NCBI GenBank assembly: GCA_050084985.1
Contig: JBITNC010000001.1
Location: forward strand, 31,744,001-31,808,000
Length of the DNA stretch: 64,000 nucleotides
From: Nageia nagi
Taxonomy: Eukaryota > Plantae > Pinophyta
Direction of reading: 5' to 3'
The notes under the pieces are model-generated. The model worked only from the letters and a program-made list of their open reading frames with translations. It did not search any database and was not told where the DNA came from. Below are positions 1-14,310 of this stretch, piece by piece (the first letter of the stretch is position 1; every line of letters begins with the position of its first letter). A program made the translations under genes and the position numbers.

Positions 1-936
1 TAATTAGGGAGATGTAACAAATAAATTGTTTCCATGTTGAAAAAATAACTTAAGTAGAGGATTTGATCACCAAGAAGCCAACTGATGCCATGCAAGTAAT
101 TCAAATCATATCTTAGCTTGATACTCTTCATCAATAAATTGATCATGATGCAAAGGTGTAGATTCTCTAGGGGGAATGATACTTAGACCAACTTGAGTTC
201 AAACTTATCGAACCTCTATCTTTGACCCTAATTTCTATTTGGAAACAACTTCAATAACCCACTACTAACTCTTCTACTAGTGATGTTGCAAGAGAGAATT
301 CTATTAGGCTATGGTTAAAAATTGTCATATGAAAGTTTTGAAGGGAAGGTAACACCATAGAAAGTAGAAGTTAGTTATTTGTAAAGGATCTATAGATTGT
401 AATATTTTGAAGTAATACAATGAAGGTCCCCTCCTCTTTTTCATGTGCAAATTATAACAATATTGAAAAAATATAAAAATAAAGAAATTAATAAATAACT
501 TAAAATAATTATTAAAAATGGAAAAGCAATAGAAAATTGATAAATGGAATGAAAAGAAATAATGCACCCATAAAAAGAAATAAATAATAAGGAATAAAAG
601 TGCTTGGTGACTTCTTTAGATGAAATTTCTAACTATGGAAGACACCACTCCCCAAAAAGTACCAATGGAGTATCAGTTCTATTACAAAGCCTATGATGTA
701 GATTGTAGCCCCTTTAGTACTATTCCCATGTACTAATTTAGATTTACACTAATTTTTAGCAATAACTTACTTCATTAAGAGCCTAATACTATATACCACT
801 TACTAATCCAAAGTAGATGGATAGATGATGAGATTCAAAGGGGAGGACTTAACAATAATTGTGTATGCTTATCGAATGTTTCTAGAATTTGAATGGGAAT
901 TCACTAAAATCCAATTTATCTTCTCATATTAGCCTT

Positions 937-2065
937 TGATTCATGTCAATTCATCATTTAGTTTATCATATTATAGTTTGGTGTCCTAAGGCTATATGTA
1001 CCTAATATGTTATTCTAAATATTGTGGATCTAGTGAAAATAGTAACTCTATTTTAAAAATAAAATGAAATCTTTTTAAGAAATCACACATACAAAAATAG
1101 ATTTAAATAAATATTGAAGTACAAAATATAAAATACTAAATCATAACAATAGAGATTAGAGGCTACAATTGGTGAAAGTGGTCTCTCCTCCTAATAGAGC
1201 TCACAAATAGAACTTCAAAAATGTATGATGAAAGATGCTTATATTAACTTCTTTAGAAACTAGAAAATATATAATCTCTAAAATAAACTATATAGTTTTA
1301 TGTCTCATAAATGGTCATTAACTAGCCTTCTTCTAAGGAAGAAGGCTAATTTATTCTACAAACTCTAATAAACTCTAAAATGCTAATTAGTTACATTCCT
1401 ATGACTCATGTTTATTTGAAATAGAATCTTAATTTAGCCTATTACTCAATTAGATATATATAGAAAGAAGATTAAGTAAGTATCCAGCTTGCTAATAAAT
1501 ATTCAAACTTTGTCAACCTCATATCTTTCTTTATGTGTTCCTTATGATCTACTTCGTCAAGTTTGATGCTTATTCTTTTAGATCATAATCTTGAAATCTG
1601 TTACAATCTTCTGCTAGAGTTATAGAGTATTAATAGAAAGTGATACTAGGGAAATGGAAATAGAACACTTTATGCCAATGTTTTCTATTTTTTAAGCTTC
1701 CTATTTGAGAGATTATGAAGCTATGCCTTTTTAAACATATTTTGAAGTTAGTCCTCTTTAATTAATTATGAAGATTGAACATTCTTAAGCTATCTTTAAA
1801 GTTTTTCCATTCAAAACTAATTCTAAATCTATTTCTTACTTAAACCACATTATTATTACTTGATTCAAAATATGAACATTAAACATTCAAATATAATAAT
1901 AATTATTAACAACATCTAATTAATACAGATAAAAGAAAATATGTATTTACTTCTAAATATAATAGCCATATAGGCTAAATCATAATAATAGTATCCCATA
2001 GTGTTCCTAGTAACAAAATACATTCACAGATTTATAAAAAAAGGATCTCATTTTTTGTCTCATCA
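937..2065 (-). repeat. 3' LTR of element A
   Basis: TGATTCATGTCAATTCATCATTTAG...CTCATCA aligns over its whole length with 28950-30052. PPT adjacent. Confidence 0.95.
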
Positions 2066-2080
2066 TTTCTCCCTAACTTA
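2066..2080 (-). other. Polypurine tract of element A
   Basis: Minus strand reads TAAGTTAGGGAGAAA immediately before the LTR, resembling the Athila AAGTTTGGGGGAG tract. Confidence 0.8.
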
Positions 2081-2109
2081 GAATATTGCCCCTCCTAGAG
2101 CATCAAAAA

Positions 2110-4850
2110 TTCATATGTTCTTGGACCATGTATTCATCATCATCTTTGTTGTTATCATCATATTGTACTACATTGTTTGGATCATTAGAAAACTTCATCA
2201 GATGATTCAAATCATTAGGATGTACCATCTCATGTATATGCTAGCTCATAGTTGTAGGAAACTTAACATCATAAGAAAACCAATCAGATTTATCTTGTGG
2301 ATACCATAGCCCTTTGGTGGTTTTGATATGTAACATCCATTCTATGAAGCACAAATCATCTTGAATATGAAAATCTCCCGATGCTAGTGCTAGATGAAAA
2401 ATTACAAGAGGTATATATGATTGGCTTCACCAATTCAAGGGATTATCCACAATGTATCTAATCAATACTTCAACTCTTTTTCTATTATAGTTTAGGTTCC
2501 TTAGATTGATTATCTCCATCTTATACTCCTATGTATACATATTCCACCTAATTATTCATGCTTGTAAAGCTCTTTCAAAATGTTTATCAATACCACTATG
2601 GTAGTCTTGTAAATAAATTTGAAGCATAACTTTATATATATTTGCATTATTATTCCTAGTAAGAACTATTTTAAAGCTACCTTATTCTATTCTAGAATAC
2701 ATGGGTTGTTTCACGAATAAAGAAATTGTCTTGAGATGTTTTCTATCTATATTCCTCTATCTCTTTGGTCCATTTGAGTTGATTTAGAATAACTAATATA
2801 AAGGATTATAATTATATATCCTTGATATATAAATAAGAGAAAAATATTGTATTTCCATTCAAAATAAAATTATCCATGTAAAATTTACACAACAAAAATG
2901 TTTCTTCTCCCCTTGCTTTAGAATGAACAAAAAAGAAATAACTTATCATTATAAATATTGTAAGGAAGACACTACCTAATTTTTCTAATGTTTAATCTAA
3001 TAAATTATTATTTTAGGTACATATTGTATAAAACTAAAGATTGTTTCAACTATATGATCTCTTTGAATATGGCATAAAGATCTATTCAACTTGCTTAATT
3101 AAAAGCACATCCCTAATCTCTTTCTTAAGTATTTGAGTTGTTTAGAATATTTTTTTATTTATGTTTGTTAGTTGTGTTGTAAGCTTTACATTCTAAAGCT
3201 TTAAATTTTTAACTTCCTTTTATTATTTCAAGTGCTTTTGACACTTGTTCAATAACAATATCATCCTCTCTTAAAATTGGGTGAGTTAATTTCACATTCT
3301 AAAGTTGAACTTTTAATTCCTCAATTGCTTTTTATTTTCCCTTGAGTTCTAAATTTCTTAAGGTTAATTTTATGGATTATCTAACTAGCTTATCATTCTC
3401 AATCTCCAGTTTGTTTTTCTTAGCATTTATCTTTGCACTCTCCTCTTCCAAAAATGATATCTAGACATAAGTTCATGAACTATTATCTCAAGTTATTTTG
3501 GTAATTATCTAGCTACATTTATAATTATTTGGATAGAGTATGATTCTTTCTCATTCTATTATTGTTTAGTAATAGTTCTTTCTTTATGTATATAAAACTA
3601 TCCCATTTTTTTCATTTTGATTTTTGGGTTTATCATTCTCTTCTTCTAAGTCTATCCATTGTTCAAGGTTTTGAAAGGCTATAAAATAGCCAAAGTCTTT
3701 CTCTTTTGAAGTTTCTTTTCTACACTATTTTTTAATTAGAGGTGTTGATGTTTTAGTCACTTCCTTCTCCCTTATCCATGTAGATATCCTCCTAAACATC
3801 ATGGAAAAAATTGACTTATCTTCATCACTCAAATTTATAACCTTTTCAACCTTTAGCTCCTTACCTCTTTCAAAATGCCTTTTTTCACCATTGTAAATAG
3901 GGGTTAAGTGGTATGTTGAAGTGTATTCAGAAACACCTCCTTATATTATGGTTGTTCTAAAGACTCAAGTGATTCTATATTTTCTTCTTGAATATCATCC
4001 ATTTTTTAAGAATTGGAATGGTCCTCATAATTCATCTTGATTAGTACTAGTGGACCTATTACAAATTTAGGTATATATGTGCATGTTAGATGAACTTATA
4101 TATTTAATCCAAATTTGGTTTTACTAGGGATCCTTGAAGGTTGCTTGTGCATTGATGAGGTTCTACATGTAGAGTATGGATCATAACCTAAGAAACTTGC
4201 CCATAATTCTTGAACATTAGTCTAAGTTAAGAAATACTCTCTACAAATCATGGTAACCAAACCATGGTTCTTCAAGGTTGTAAGTTTATTTTTTGCATTT
4301 GTCCTAACCCTTCTAGACATATTGTACAAACTTTGATGCAAAAAAATTTGGAATATTATAATTGAGTTCTGAACCATAGCTTAAATTAATGAGCAATTTT
4401 AGGTGATGGTCCATGATTGTTTCATGTTGTCCCTCATAGGTGAGGAATTTGATAATCTATAATGCCACCTCCACCCAATGGTTTGGGAGATTTTGTCTCT
4501 TAATTCCTTGTATATGCATGGCCATGATATATTTGTTAGCCTTTTATTCTCCTTTTTTATGGAACCTATCAAGAAAATCATCATATTTCTCTCTTGCAAC
4601 CAAATCATCACCTACTATAGAGATTCTAGACACTATGGTAATAGTTTCAATAGTAGTGGGTATTGTGTGATCCCTCACTTACACAAAAGTTTCTTCAAAG
4701 TTTTTTGCAAACTCTAGAACCAACTGCTAGTTAGAATCTTTGAACTTTTCAAAGAATTCCAAAAGATGAAATTTTAAAAAAACTCTTACTATCCTTATAT
4801 CCCTTCTTAATTCTATTATGTTCTCTAGTTCTTGCTTCTTTACCCTCATG
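2110..4850 (-). pseudogene. Decayed extra ORF downstream of pol (env-like position) in element A, product unknown
   Basis: Coding-like purine-rich minus strand with stop-interrupted frames (e.g. LLINLSYGSELNYNIPNFF and ORF 4399-4611) and a K/E/L-rich coiled-coil-like stretch at ~3000-3700. Boundaries approximate. Confidence 0.55.
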
Positions 4851-5829
4851 TTTCCTCCCTAAAAATTATAGGCTCTATGCTAAATTCTTTTGAGGTGATT
4901 TTTAAATGAAGGTCGAAAACTTTTTTCAATTGGTATAAACCACTACATTCATTAATTACATATTATTGCCTTCCTTTCACCAACTTTGTGATCTTATGTC
5001 AGATTGGATGTTAATCATATGATATGTTTATTCTCCATTTAGATTTGGATACATGTCTCTTTCATGAGATGCACCCTAGCTTATAATTAAATGATTTTGA
5101 CTTTGAACATGTATGAGATCACTAAGATTTGATTTAGACTTAAATAAACTATTAATTTAAAAATAAATACATATATTTACCATTAAATGCATATCTTGCA
5201 AGTGTTAGTCAGCTAGATTTGACATGATTTGTTGTTAACATGACATGTGGTTAGTGTTTATTTCCCAATATGCCTTCTTATTTTCCTAGGATAGGTGATG
5301 TGTCCTTGTTTTTTCATTCTCCATAGGTATATTTAAGGTGTTCAAATATTCTGAAGTATTAAGTATTTTAAAGTTAGTTTTAGCCTTTGATGACTTTATA
5401 GTTACAATTCTAAAGTTCTAACTAAAGACCACTTTTTTTTAGAATAATAATTTCAAAAAGGACACAATTATTCTAAAGTAATGGTAAAACACTAAAACTA
5501 ATAATACACTTGAAATTCAATAGAATATTCAACTAGTCTTCAAAATATGGAAGAACCTTTTATATATATATATATATTTTTGGAAATATATAGTGAATGT
5601 TAGACATAGAGGTTTTCACCTAGATGAATGCTAGTTTCCTAGTTTTCATCTATCTAACTACCTTTATGACTAATCATTCAAAACATGTATTGATTCTATT
5701 TCTAGAATCAATTTTATTTTTCTACATTATTGTGAATCAAGTTTATTTGACTAAGAAAGATAAATCTTCTTTTATTAAACATAACTCTTATTTTTCCAAC
5801 TATTTTATAAACTCCTCTTTATTTATGGG

Positions 5830-6960
5830 TAGAGTATAAGGTCATAGTTGATGTCTATTTACCAATATAACTCCAGTTGAGTTGTTAATTGGTTGAAGTT
5901 GAATTGTACCATTATCAAATGCTTGCAAAATTTGATATGGTCCAAGCCATTTGGTCTATAATTTCCCTAATAAGGTCTGATATTTGGAATCAAATAATAA
6001 AGACCACTTTCTTAGAGTGAATTGCACATGTTTCATTTGCTTATCATACCATTATTTCCTTTGTTGTTAAAGAATTTATATATTTTTTAATGATTTAGTT
6101 TTGTACTCATACAACTTATTCAAGTGTAACATCCTCTTATGTTAGGTTGTAGTTAGATCTAACCCAACTTTCATAATTGTTCTCAGAGTCTGGATCTCAA
6201 ATTCTATTGGTAAAAGAGGCTTCTTTCCATATACTAGCTCATAAGGTGTAAACCTTGTAGTTATTTTTCATGTGACATTATACACCTAGACTACTTTAGA
6301 AAGTTTGGTTGCCCAATATTTCTTGTGAGATACTATAGTTTTTGTAAGAATATTTTCCAATTCTATATTAGTCACCTCAACCTACCCACTTGTATGGGGA
6401 TGGTATGGAGAAGCTTTCTTATGTTTAATTTGATAATGATTGATAAAATGCTTAATCAAATTAGACATAAACTATGGTCCTTGATCTGATACTAAGAATA
6501 TAGGAGCTTCAAACTTCATCATAATATTATTATATAGAAAATCAACTACTTTTTCTTCTTTAGCTTATGCAAGAGCACAAACCTAGAATGTGCTTTTTAC
6601 CTTGATATTTTGGATTGATAGGTCCAACAAAGTTAATTCTTCATTGTTCAAAAGGTTTTAGAATAATTTACATATATAATGAAATCTATGTAGTGAATGT
6701 GGGTTTGGCCATTCTTTAACATTGATAACATTGATGTACATACTTCTACACATCTTTGGGTAGTGAAGACCAATAATATTTAATTCCCAAAATTCTGTAG
6801 ATTGTTCTCTTTTCTAAATAATCAAGCCCACATTTAAAGAGCATTACATCTATCCATTTGATTGTTGAGCTTTCTCTAATCAAATTTTTTTATTTTATTT
6901 TAAAGAGAAATGAATTGGACTTTTTCTTATTTCTAAGTAATTAGCTGTATCTGCAAACTA
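5830..6960 (-). pseudogene. Integrase remnant of element A
   Basis: Motifs KASPYHPHTSG, TPYELVYGKKPLLPIEFEI and GKL*TKWLGPYQI. Confidence 0.9.
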
Positions 6961-7684
6961 AGGTGTATATACAAAGATTGCAAATAACCTTTCACCAAGA
7001 AAAGAATTTTACACTTGTTCTTCATCTCATCTAGACAAGAAGTCAACTACTACATTAGCTTTTCCTGGTTTATCAATAATAGTCACATTAAATTTTTACA
7101 ATAAAATTAACCACCTTATAATTATTTCACTTACCGTTGGTTTGTTCATAAGATACATGATAACAACATGGTTTATGTGAATAAAAACTTAGTAACTAGT
7201 AATTTAATGTTTGAATTTATTGATAGCATGTATTAATGCCAAAAAATCATTTTTTTGTTGTGGTGTAATTCCTTTAAGCTTCCATTAAATTCTTATTGAT
7301 ATAATAGATGGCATAATATGTTTTATTTTGATCTTCTTGGTCTAGTATTGCTCCAATAGCATAATTTGATGCAATAGTATAAATGTGAAAAGGTAGCTTC
7401 TACTTTGAACCTCTCAATACAAGGGTATTTATGAGTTTCTCCATGATTATCTAAAATGCCTATTCATAATCTATTGTACACTCAAATTCATTATCTTTAT
7501 GGAGTAATGAGAATCATGAAGTTGCAATCTTGCTAAAATTTGAAATGAATCTTCCATAGTAACTGACATATCTAAGAAAACTTCTCACATTAATCCAATT
7601 TTCTATATTTAGTAATTGTTTGATAATCTCAACCTTCTTTAGATCCACCTTAATTCCTTCAATAGAAATATGGTGTCCTAAAAG

Positions 7685-8041
7685 CATAGAATAAAAAAAT
7701 GGTTTTTTGAAAATATAGCTTGGGGCTAAATATGTAAAAATGGAAATAAAATGGTCAAAGTATGATGAATACAAGAAAAATTCATGGGTTTTAAAATTTT
7801 TGGATATAGAAAAAACACCAAAAATTGGAAAAAATGGGAAAAGTTCACAACATAAAAATGGGCAAATTTGAGGAAAAAATGGTGGGTATGGTGAGTATGG
7901 AAAGGGTTGTATATGTTTTTTGAATTTTTTGAACATTTAAATTGGAAGAATGGTAAATACAAAAAAAATAGAAATTACGCAACAAATGGCCACATTTTCA
8001 ACTTGCTTTCAACATTTTTTGCACATTTAAACAACCAAAAT
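7685..8041. mobile_element. ~357-bp foreign insertion splitting RT of A (unclassified small element)
   Basis: RT motif EGI|LLGHHIS rejoins in frame when this block is removed. The block carries about eight AAAATGG-like motifs. No clear TIR or TSD. Confidence 0.7.
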
Positions 8042-8560
8042 AATGCCCTCTTACATGAGCATAAAATATGTTTCATAACTTAATGATAGATTGTATGTTT
8101 AACACCTAACTACAACATTTTCAAGATTATGTAATGCTTCTTCAAAAGTGTTACCATGCACTTTGAAATCATCTATATACACTTCTACATAATCATTAGT
8201 TAGATCAGCAAAAATGGCTAATACAACTCTTTGAAAAGTAGTAGGACCATTACATAATCCAAATGAAAAGACTTGATAAGCAAAAGTTCCAAAAGCATAA
8301 GTAAATTTATTCTTATCTTGGTCTTCTTTTGAAATTTATATTTGATTATAGCCACTAAAACCATCAAGAAATGAAAAATATTTCTTACCAACAATATTGT
8401 ATAAAACTTGGTTAATAAATGGCAAAGGAAAATGATCCTTGTGAGTAGCCTTATTCGAACATCTATAGTCCACACATATTATCCATTTTCTATTTTTCTT
8501 AGGTACAAATACCAAAGGTTAAATCCACCTACTATTTGAGATAGGGTATATAAATATTAC

Positions 8561-8565
<5 letters not shown>

Positions 8566-8613
<48 letters not shown>
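8566..8613. repeat. (TA)n microsatellite inside RT of A
   Basis: ~24 TA units directly visible. Confidence 0.97.
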
Positions 8614-8616
<3 letters not shown>

Positions 8617-9239
8617 TTAATTTCCTATTGTACACCATCTCTCAGTACTGGATTTACCTATCTAGGTGGATGTCTAATATGTATAGAATCATTAGTGTAT
8701 TTATGATCAATAAAAATAGCTAGATTAATTCCATTTACATTAGAATAATCCCACATAAATGTTGAAGTGTGAGATTTCAAAAATTTAATGCTTGCTCTTT
8801 TTATTTGAATATCAACCAACTATTGATATTCAAAGTCTTTTCTAGGAGCACTTCAATTATTTTCACTCATGTGTGACTTAACTTGATTTGGTTTGTAATA
8901 TGTACTAAAAAATTTAAAGAAAAAGGATGAGGAAACATAGCATGAAATACCTTTGTTTTTTCACTCAATGCTTTCCCTATTAAAATTATATGTATAAGAG
9001 GATACTTAAATAATGACAAGAAGTTTTTTTGTTGTTGTTCCCATAAATTATAGATGTCATCTAGCAGATTTGATCTTGATGACTTACCAACCTTTGTGAT
9101 CATTTATAAACCTATATTTTGTTTAGATAATTTAGGTATTTCTTCCAACTCTTCTACATGTTCTTTAATAATAATCATAGAGAGTATTGCAAAACTTCCT
9201 AGTTCATCAATCCATAATTAACCTTGGCATTCAAATGTA

Positions 9240-9415
9240 GTTTAGTAGGAGGATATAAAGAGAGTGTTATACAATTATGGTCATATAAAATGGTCATTTA
9301 TATTATTCTATAGTTGATAAACATAGTTGCTATAGCTAACAAAGGTCTTTCCAAGATTACTGGATAACCACTATGTGGCTTTGTTTCTAAGACTAAAAAG
9401 TCTATTGGATAATTC
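9240..9415 (-). pseudogene. C-terminal part of element A protease (split by B)
   Basis: YPIDFLVLETKPHSGYPVIL.RP.LA continues ...DVQVTMDSW from ~25734 upward. Confidence 0.88.
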
Positions 9416-10409
9416 TTTAGACATGTAAAAATTGTTCGTTCACCTAGCTTGGGAGATTCATGATGATTTGGTATATCTTGTTGCTTATCATGATCCTATC
9501 AACCTTCATCCCAATTTAATTATGTTCATATGGTCAATTTCAATAACTTAGACTCTTGTTACCACCTTATCAACCCTAACCCTAACTAGCATATCATTTA
9601 GGGGACCAATTGATTAGTTAGGTAAAACCCTAACTAGTCCATGAATTGGTCATTATCATATAAAAATTATTTCAAAATCATTTCCTCCCAATCCAATCAA
9701 TCATTACCCAATGAATATTCATGAGCTCTTGCATGTCCAATAAACTCTTGACTATGTACTCAAACTTTGAAACCTACTACCTTTCATTTTGAGCTCAAAC
9801 CATCATTTTCAAGGAAAAAAAGCAACAATTATCCTAATCTTGTAAAGGGAATCTTGGGTAAACTCTTATGTTTTAGATTTTTATGGAGATTAACAATTTT
9901 TCAAGGAATTTGTAGGTTTCAAAGGTCACTCAAGAGCATATAATCATATCTTTTTTGGTTAATAACCAACTTGTGCATTGTAGCATTTTTTGTTTTTTTT
10001 TAGTCTAGTCTCTTATAGAATTATTATAGGATATTTTAGTTTGTTTTAACCATTAGCCTAATCATTTTAGATCTTATTCTAGTTTTTATTTTACAAATTG
10101 AGCTATTTTTGAGTGCCTTTTTGATTGAAGGCTTGAAGGTTTATAAGTAAACTTATCAAGTCTTGCTTGGTTCTAGGAACTTAAGGACCTAGAAATTAGA
10201 GACCTCTTTTTTGTCTTTATTTTGCAATTCAATTAGCATCTTGGGTACTACCATAATAAGGAAAAATATTTAAACTCGAACCCTATTTTGTCTTATCATC
10301 ATTATCTTATTATATTTAAAGCAATATTTTATATATTACAATGTAGGCATTCCCAAAAGTTAGAGGCCCTAGGTGCGGGTCTCCTCATTATCTTTTGTGG
10401 AAGCTTACA
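9416..10409 (+). repeat. 5' LTR of element B
   Basis: Aligns with 24733-25728. Ends GGAAGCTTACA, followed by the PBS. Confidence 0.95.
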
Positions 10410-10412
10410 AAT

Positions 10413-10429
10413 TGGTGATCATAGTGGGA
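10413..10429 (+). other. PBS of B, complementary to tRNA-Arg
   Basis: TGGTGATCATAGTGGGA equals TGGCGACCACAGTGGGA (complement of the plant tRNA-Arg(UCG) 3' end, recalled from memory) with three C>T changes. Confidence 0.8.
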
Positions 10430-12299
10430 CCATTCCTTAGTCAAAGACTTGCAACCATAAAGGCATTTTCTATTCTTTTCTCCTTATTTTTATGTATTTT
10501 TCATTGAACTATTATTTTCACATTTTTTAGACACTTTTGCATACTGAATTGGACTAAATTTTTTAGGAAAAATTCCTAATAAGTTTAAGACCAAACCTTG
10601 AAAATATAGAGTTAAGAAAGTTAGCAGAATAATATCCAATTTCTAGTAGACCATTTCACAAAGTCTAACTAGTCTTTAGTAAATTGGTTGTGTTTTGAAC
10701 ATGAACACTATTAGCTGGTCCTAACCTTATCATCCCCTCTCTATCAACCAATCTAGTCTATACCAATTAGGGTTATCTTAGGGTTATATTATTATTTTAA
10801 TACCTTGTTTGGGTTCTTAGTATGGAAGGTGAATCCATTAGTTCAATGGATACTAGGGAAAAAATTAGGGCTAGGTGAGCTAGGTATTCATAATCCAACC
10901 CTCCATCCCAACCACTTTCATATTATGTTTCCCAACCATCTTATGTCCCATCCTCCTCACTTATACATACTTCCATACCATCCCAATAAGAGGATTCACA
11001 ATTATACAAATAATTGCAAGCAAGTGTGTGTAGAAACCATTTATATGGTGATTTTAGTTTTCCACATCATGTGGAAGTGATCCATGATGATCTTCCCTCT
11101 AATGAATAACTCTTCTTGAGTGATCCTCATATCTAAGACCTTTTTCCCTAATTTAGGAATAGGAAACCTCTTAGTCCTAAGCCTTAATCACCCCATGTTT
11201 CTAACATGGATAGAAAACCTTTGGAAAATCCTCCACCTACCTTGGAAGAAGAGACAAGGGTGTCACAACCTTAGCCTTCTCCTTCCTTACCCCATGTTGT
11301 CACTATGGCAACTTCACTCCATAGGTAAAACATGTCAATCCTTCACAATCCTTATAGTTTTATTTATCACTATGACCCTACCTATGGTAATCCTTAATAT
11401 TCTAATATAATATCATATTATATTAAGCCCTAATTGCAAGAACCACCCAAGTATCTTGCTACCATATTGCATAAAATGAAGACCCATAATGATGAGCTTG
11501 AAAGAAAAGAGTGTTATTATTTTATCCCTCCTCCCTTGCCTCTAAGGAAAGTGCAACAATTATTATCAATCTTACCTCAAGCTCCATTAATTTATCAAGT
11601 GGACCCTTTGGTACAATCTTCCCATCCATAAGTTGAACCCCCACTTTGAGACCATCAAGTGCTCCCCATCTTGATGATGAGAAGAGAGACCAAATGTTAA
11701 ATATAGGCTTCAAATGGCCAATAGATTTGCATAAGTTATGAACATCCATAAAGAGAAAAAGTTAAATATCATACACAAGTCTTGAAAATTTTAACTCTTC
11801 CCCAAGTTGCTAGAGTTGATAAACCTTTTCTATCCTATCAATAAGAGCCTATAGTGCCTAGCAACATGCTAAAACCTAATCAATAAGAAATCCCTCAATC
11901 ATATATGCCACTTGAGGTTCCCCAACATAGGGTGTATATTAGTGTTTTATCTCAAGGTCCTCCTTCTTATTTTATTGATTTGTTATACCCACATATACTC
12001 ATTCTTAAAATCCTAATCATACCCAAGCATATGTTGGTGCTAAATCAAGGGGGTTACCCCCACTTAAAAATATTTTCAATCTTTTAACATGTCCAAGATC
12101 TATCTCTTGGAAAAACTCAATTTCCTTCTCAAGGTTTGTATAACCAAATGGCTGAAGGGTTTGTAGGTCAAACCCACCATAGAATAGAAGTGAGTGTTAC
12201 CCCAACACAACATGTTTATCAACCCCAAAAGTAACCTCAAGAAATTGATTATTATCAAGTTCTAGGCTATCAATTTGTTATGTATTTTCCTTTATAAAA

Positions 12300-13500
12300 T
12301 CCTCATGATGAGATTCTTAAGAAGTTACAAGAGATGGAGCAAAGGCTTAATGATCAAGGTTAGTCTAAGCTATCTTATGGACTATTTTTAGTGAACTAAT
12401 CCATCCATCCATCCCCATCAAGTATTTCCCTTACAAGTTTGAAGTCCCCAAGAAGGATAAATTTAAGGGAAAGGAGGATCCTAAGGAACATATAAATCAA
12501 TTCAAGTACTCTTGCTACATCATAGCTAATGATGATGTTATTATGTTCAGAACCTTCCCTATGACCTTGGTTGGAAAAGCCTTGGATTGGTATAAGAACT
12601 TTCCTTAGCATAGTATCTTCTCTTTTGAGCAATTAGCTAATCAATTTATAGATCATTTTGGGATAAATATTAGAAAGATAGTTTCTATTATGGACTTGAG
12701 TATGTTATCCCAATTTGATGATGAATCTCTATCAAATTATGTGCATCATTGGAGAGTGGTTATGGCCAATATTCCCTATATATTGGCTCAAGAAAAATTG
12801 GTCAAGTTGTTCTCTAGGAGTTGCAACAAGCACATTTCTTCTATCCCACAAATTCAAAGCAATCTTACTTTTGTAGATGCCTTAGCTCAAGTGAAGATCA
12901 TTGAGAAAGTTAAAATTCAATAAGGTGAAATAAAGCTAAGGAAGAGGGATAATAACAGCAAAAAGATACATAATAATGATGTTAATTCCAACTATTATCA
13001 ACCTAGGCCACAAGAAAATGAAGTTACATATGCAATTAATCAAACTTAACCTATCTTACAACTTGAACCTCATAGGAAAAGGAACAACCAACCAAGAAAC
13101 CAATACCAACAACAAGATCAAGGGTAATATAATCAAAGCAATCAAGGTAATCAAGTTAATAATCAACCAAGACCTCCTAGACCACCAAGTAAGCCACAAC
13201 AACCATAAAAGAATTAGACACCATTAGTAGAGCCTATTGAGGATATACTCAAGAATCTCTTATATTGTAGGCTAATTATGGTTCTTGAGATAATACAAGA
13301 GGATGATAATAGGGTAAGGTCATAATGGTATAGGGATGATGAGTTTTATGCCTTCCATTATCAATTAGGATATGGAACCAACAAATCAAAATATTTGAGG
13401 GCCATTATTTAAAGGTTTAATAATGATGTTCACATATCCATAGGAGCACCCCAAGATCAACCCAATAGGGATTTTAGGATATATCAAAATCCTTTACTAG
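12300..13500 (+). pseudogene. Gag remnant of element B
   Basis: PYKFEVPKKDKFKGKEDPKEHINQF..., FRTFPMTLVGKALDWY..LP..SI.SFEQLANQFIDHF and terminal RIYQNPL. Confidence 0.88.
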
Positions 13501-13749
13501 GGCATGGTATCAACATAAATCAAGTAAGTATCATGGCTTCCACATTAAGATAAGTAACACATGGTGGTCCCTTACCCATTGAGTTTGTTGGCATGATGGG
13601 CATAGAGCTAGTTCATGTTGTTGTTCATATAGTAAGGGAGGTGAGAGAGAACCTCCACCTAGAGATACATGAACATAACAACCCATGTAGCCAATTAGTA
13701 TACAAGTATCATGATAACCTTCCAAACTAGCCATTATAGTTTAGAATCA

Positions 13750-14310
13750 ATTTGAGTAACAATTATAGTTAACTCCTACTAAGTTTTCCTTATGGGATTT
13801 GTTGCAACAATCCAAGGCTCATAGGGATGCCTTGAATGATATAATTAAAATCATTAAGTTTTCCAATGATGATCTTAATGCCTTTATGGACTTTGGTATG
13901 GAAGTTCAAGAACATATGAGCATATATATCACTTTCTATATGGATGAGGTATATCATAACCTAGGATTATCTAATAAACATCTAGTAATTTACATTGTTA
14001 CATATACATAAGGTAAAGGAGTTAAGAGAGTCATGATTGATGAAGTGTCAACTATGAATGTGGTATCTACAATGGAACTTTAGAATGTTGGGAGTTTTTG
14101 CGATCCTTATTAATATTGGAGTTAGATCAATTCCTACAACTTTTCATGTTATGAAGGAAGAGATGTAGTATAATATTCTTTTAGGCCAACCTTGGATTGA
14201 TGATATGGATGGAGTATCCTTCTCAAGGTATGGTTTCTTCAAGTACTTCTATGGTGGTAATATTCATTACATTCCAATGGATCCCAAAGCCTTTAGCCAT
14301 TGCAACCTTA
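13750..14310 (+). pseudogene. Aspartic protease region remnant of B
   Basis: VKRVMIDE.STMNV and NILLGQPWID.MDGVS motifs. Confidence 0.75.

Larger units (their letters stand above)
7030..8800 (-). pseudogene. Reverse transcriptase and RNase H remnant of element A
   Basis: Motifs ICVDYR..NKATHKDHFPLPFI, FSFLDGFSGYNQI, YIDDF, LLGHHIS.EGIKVD, ASNYAIGAIL and IIDKPGKANVVVDFLSR. Interrupted by a 357-bp insert and a (TA)n run. Confidence 0.93.

Noticed and set aside
620-936. Possible ORF of the host element rejoining across A into 30058-30400
   Set aside because: After removing A and one TSD, the joined frame has stops at about random frequency and no recognisable motif.
7514-7936. 140-aa ORF as a gene
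   Set aside because: Chimera of the foreign insert and the RT thumb fragment.
13521-13745. Ogre-type intron in gag-pol of B (CAA|GTAAGT at ~13524)
   Set aside because: Acceptor and frame restoration could not be established, and the position differs from the known PR-RT intron.
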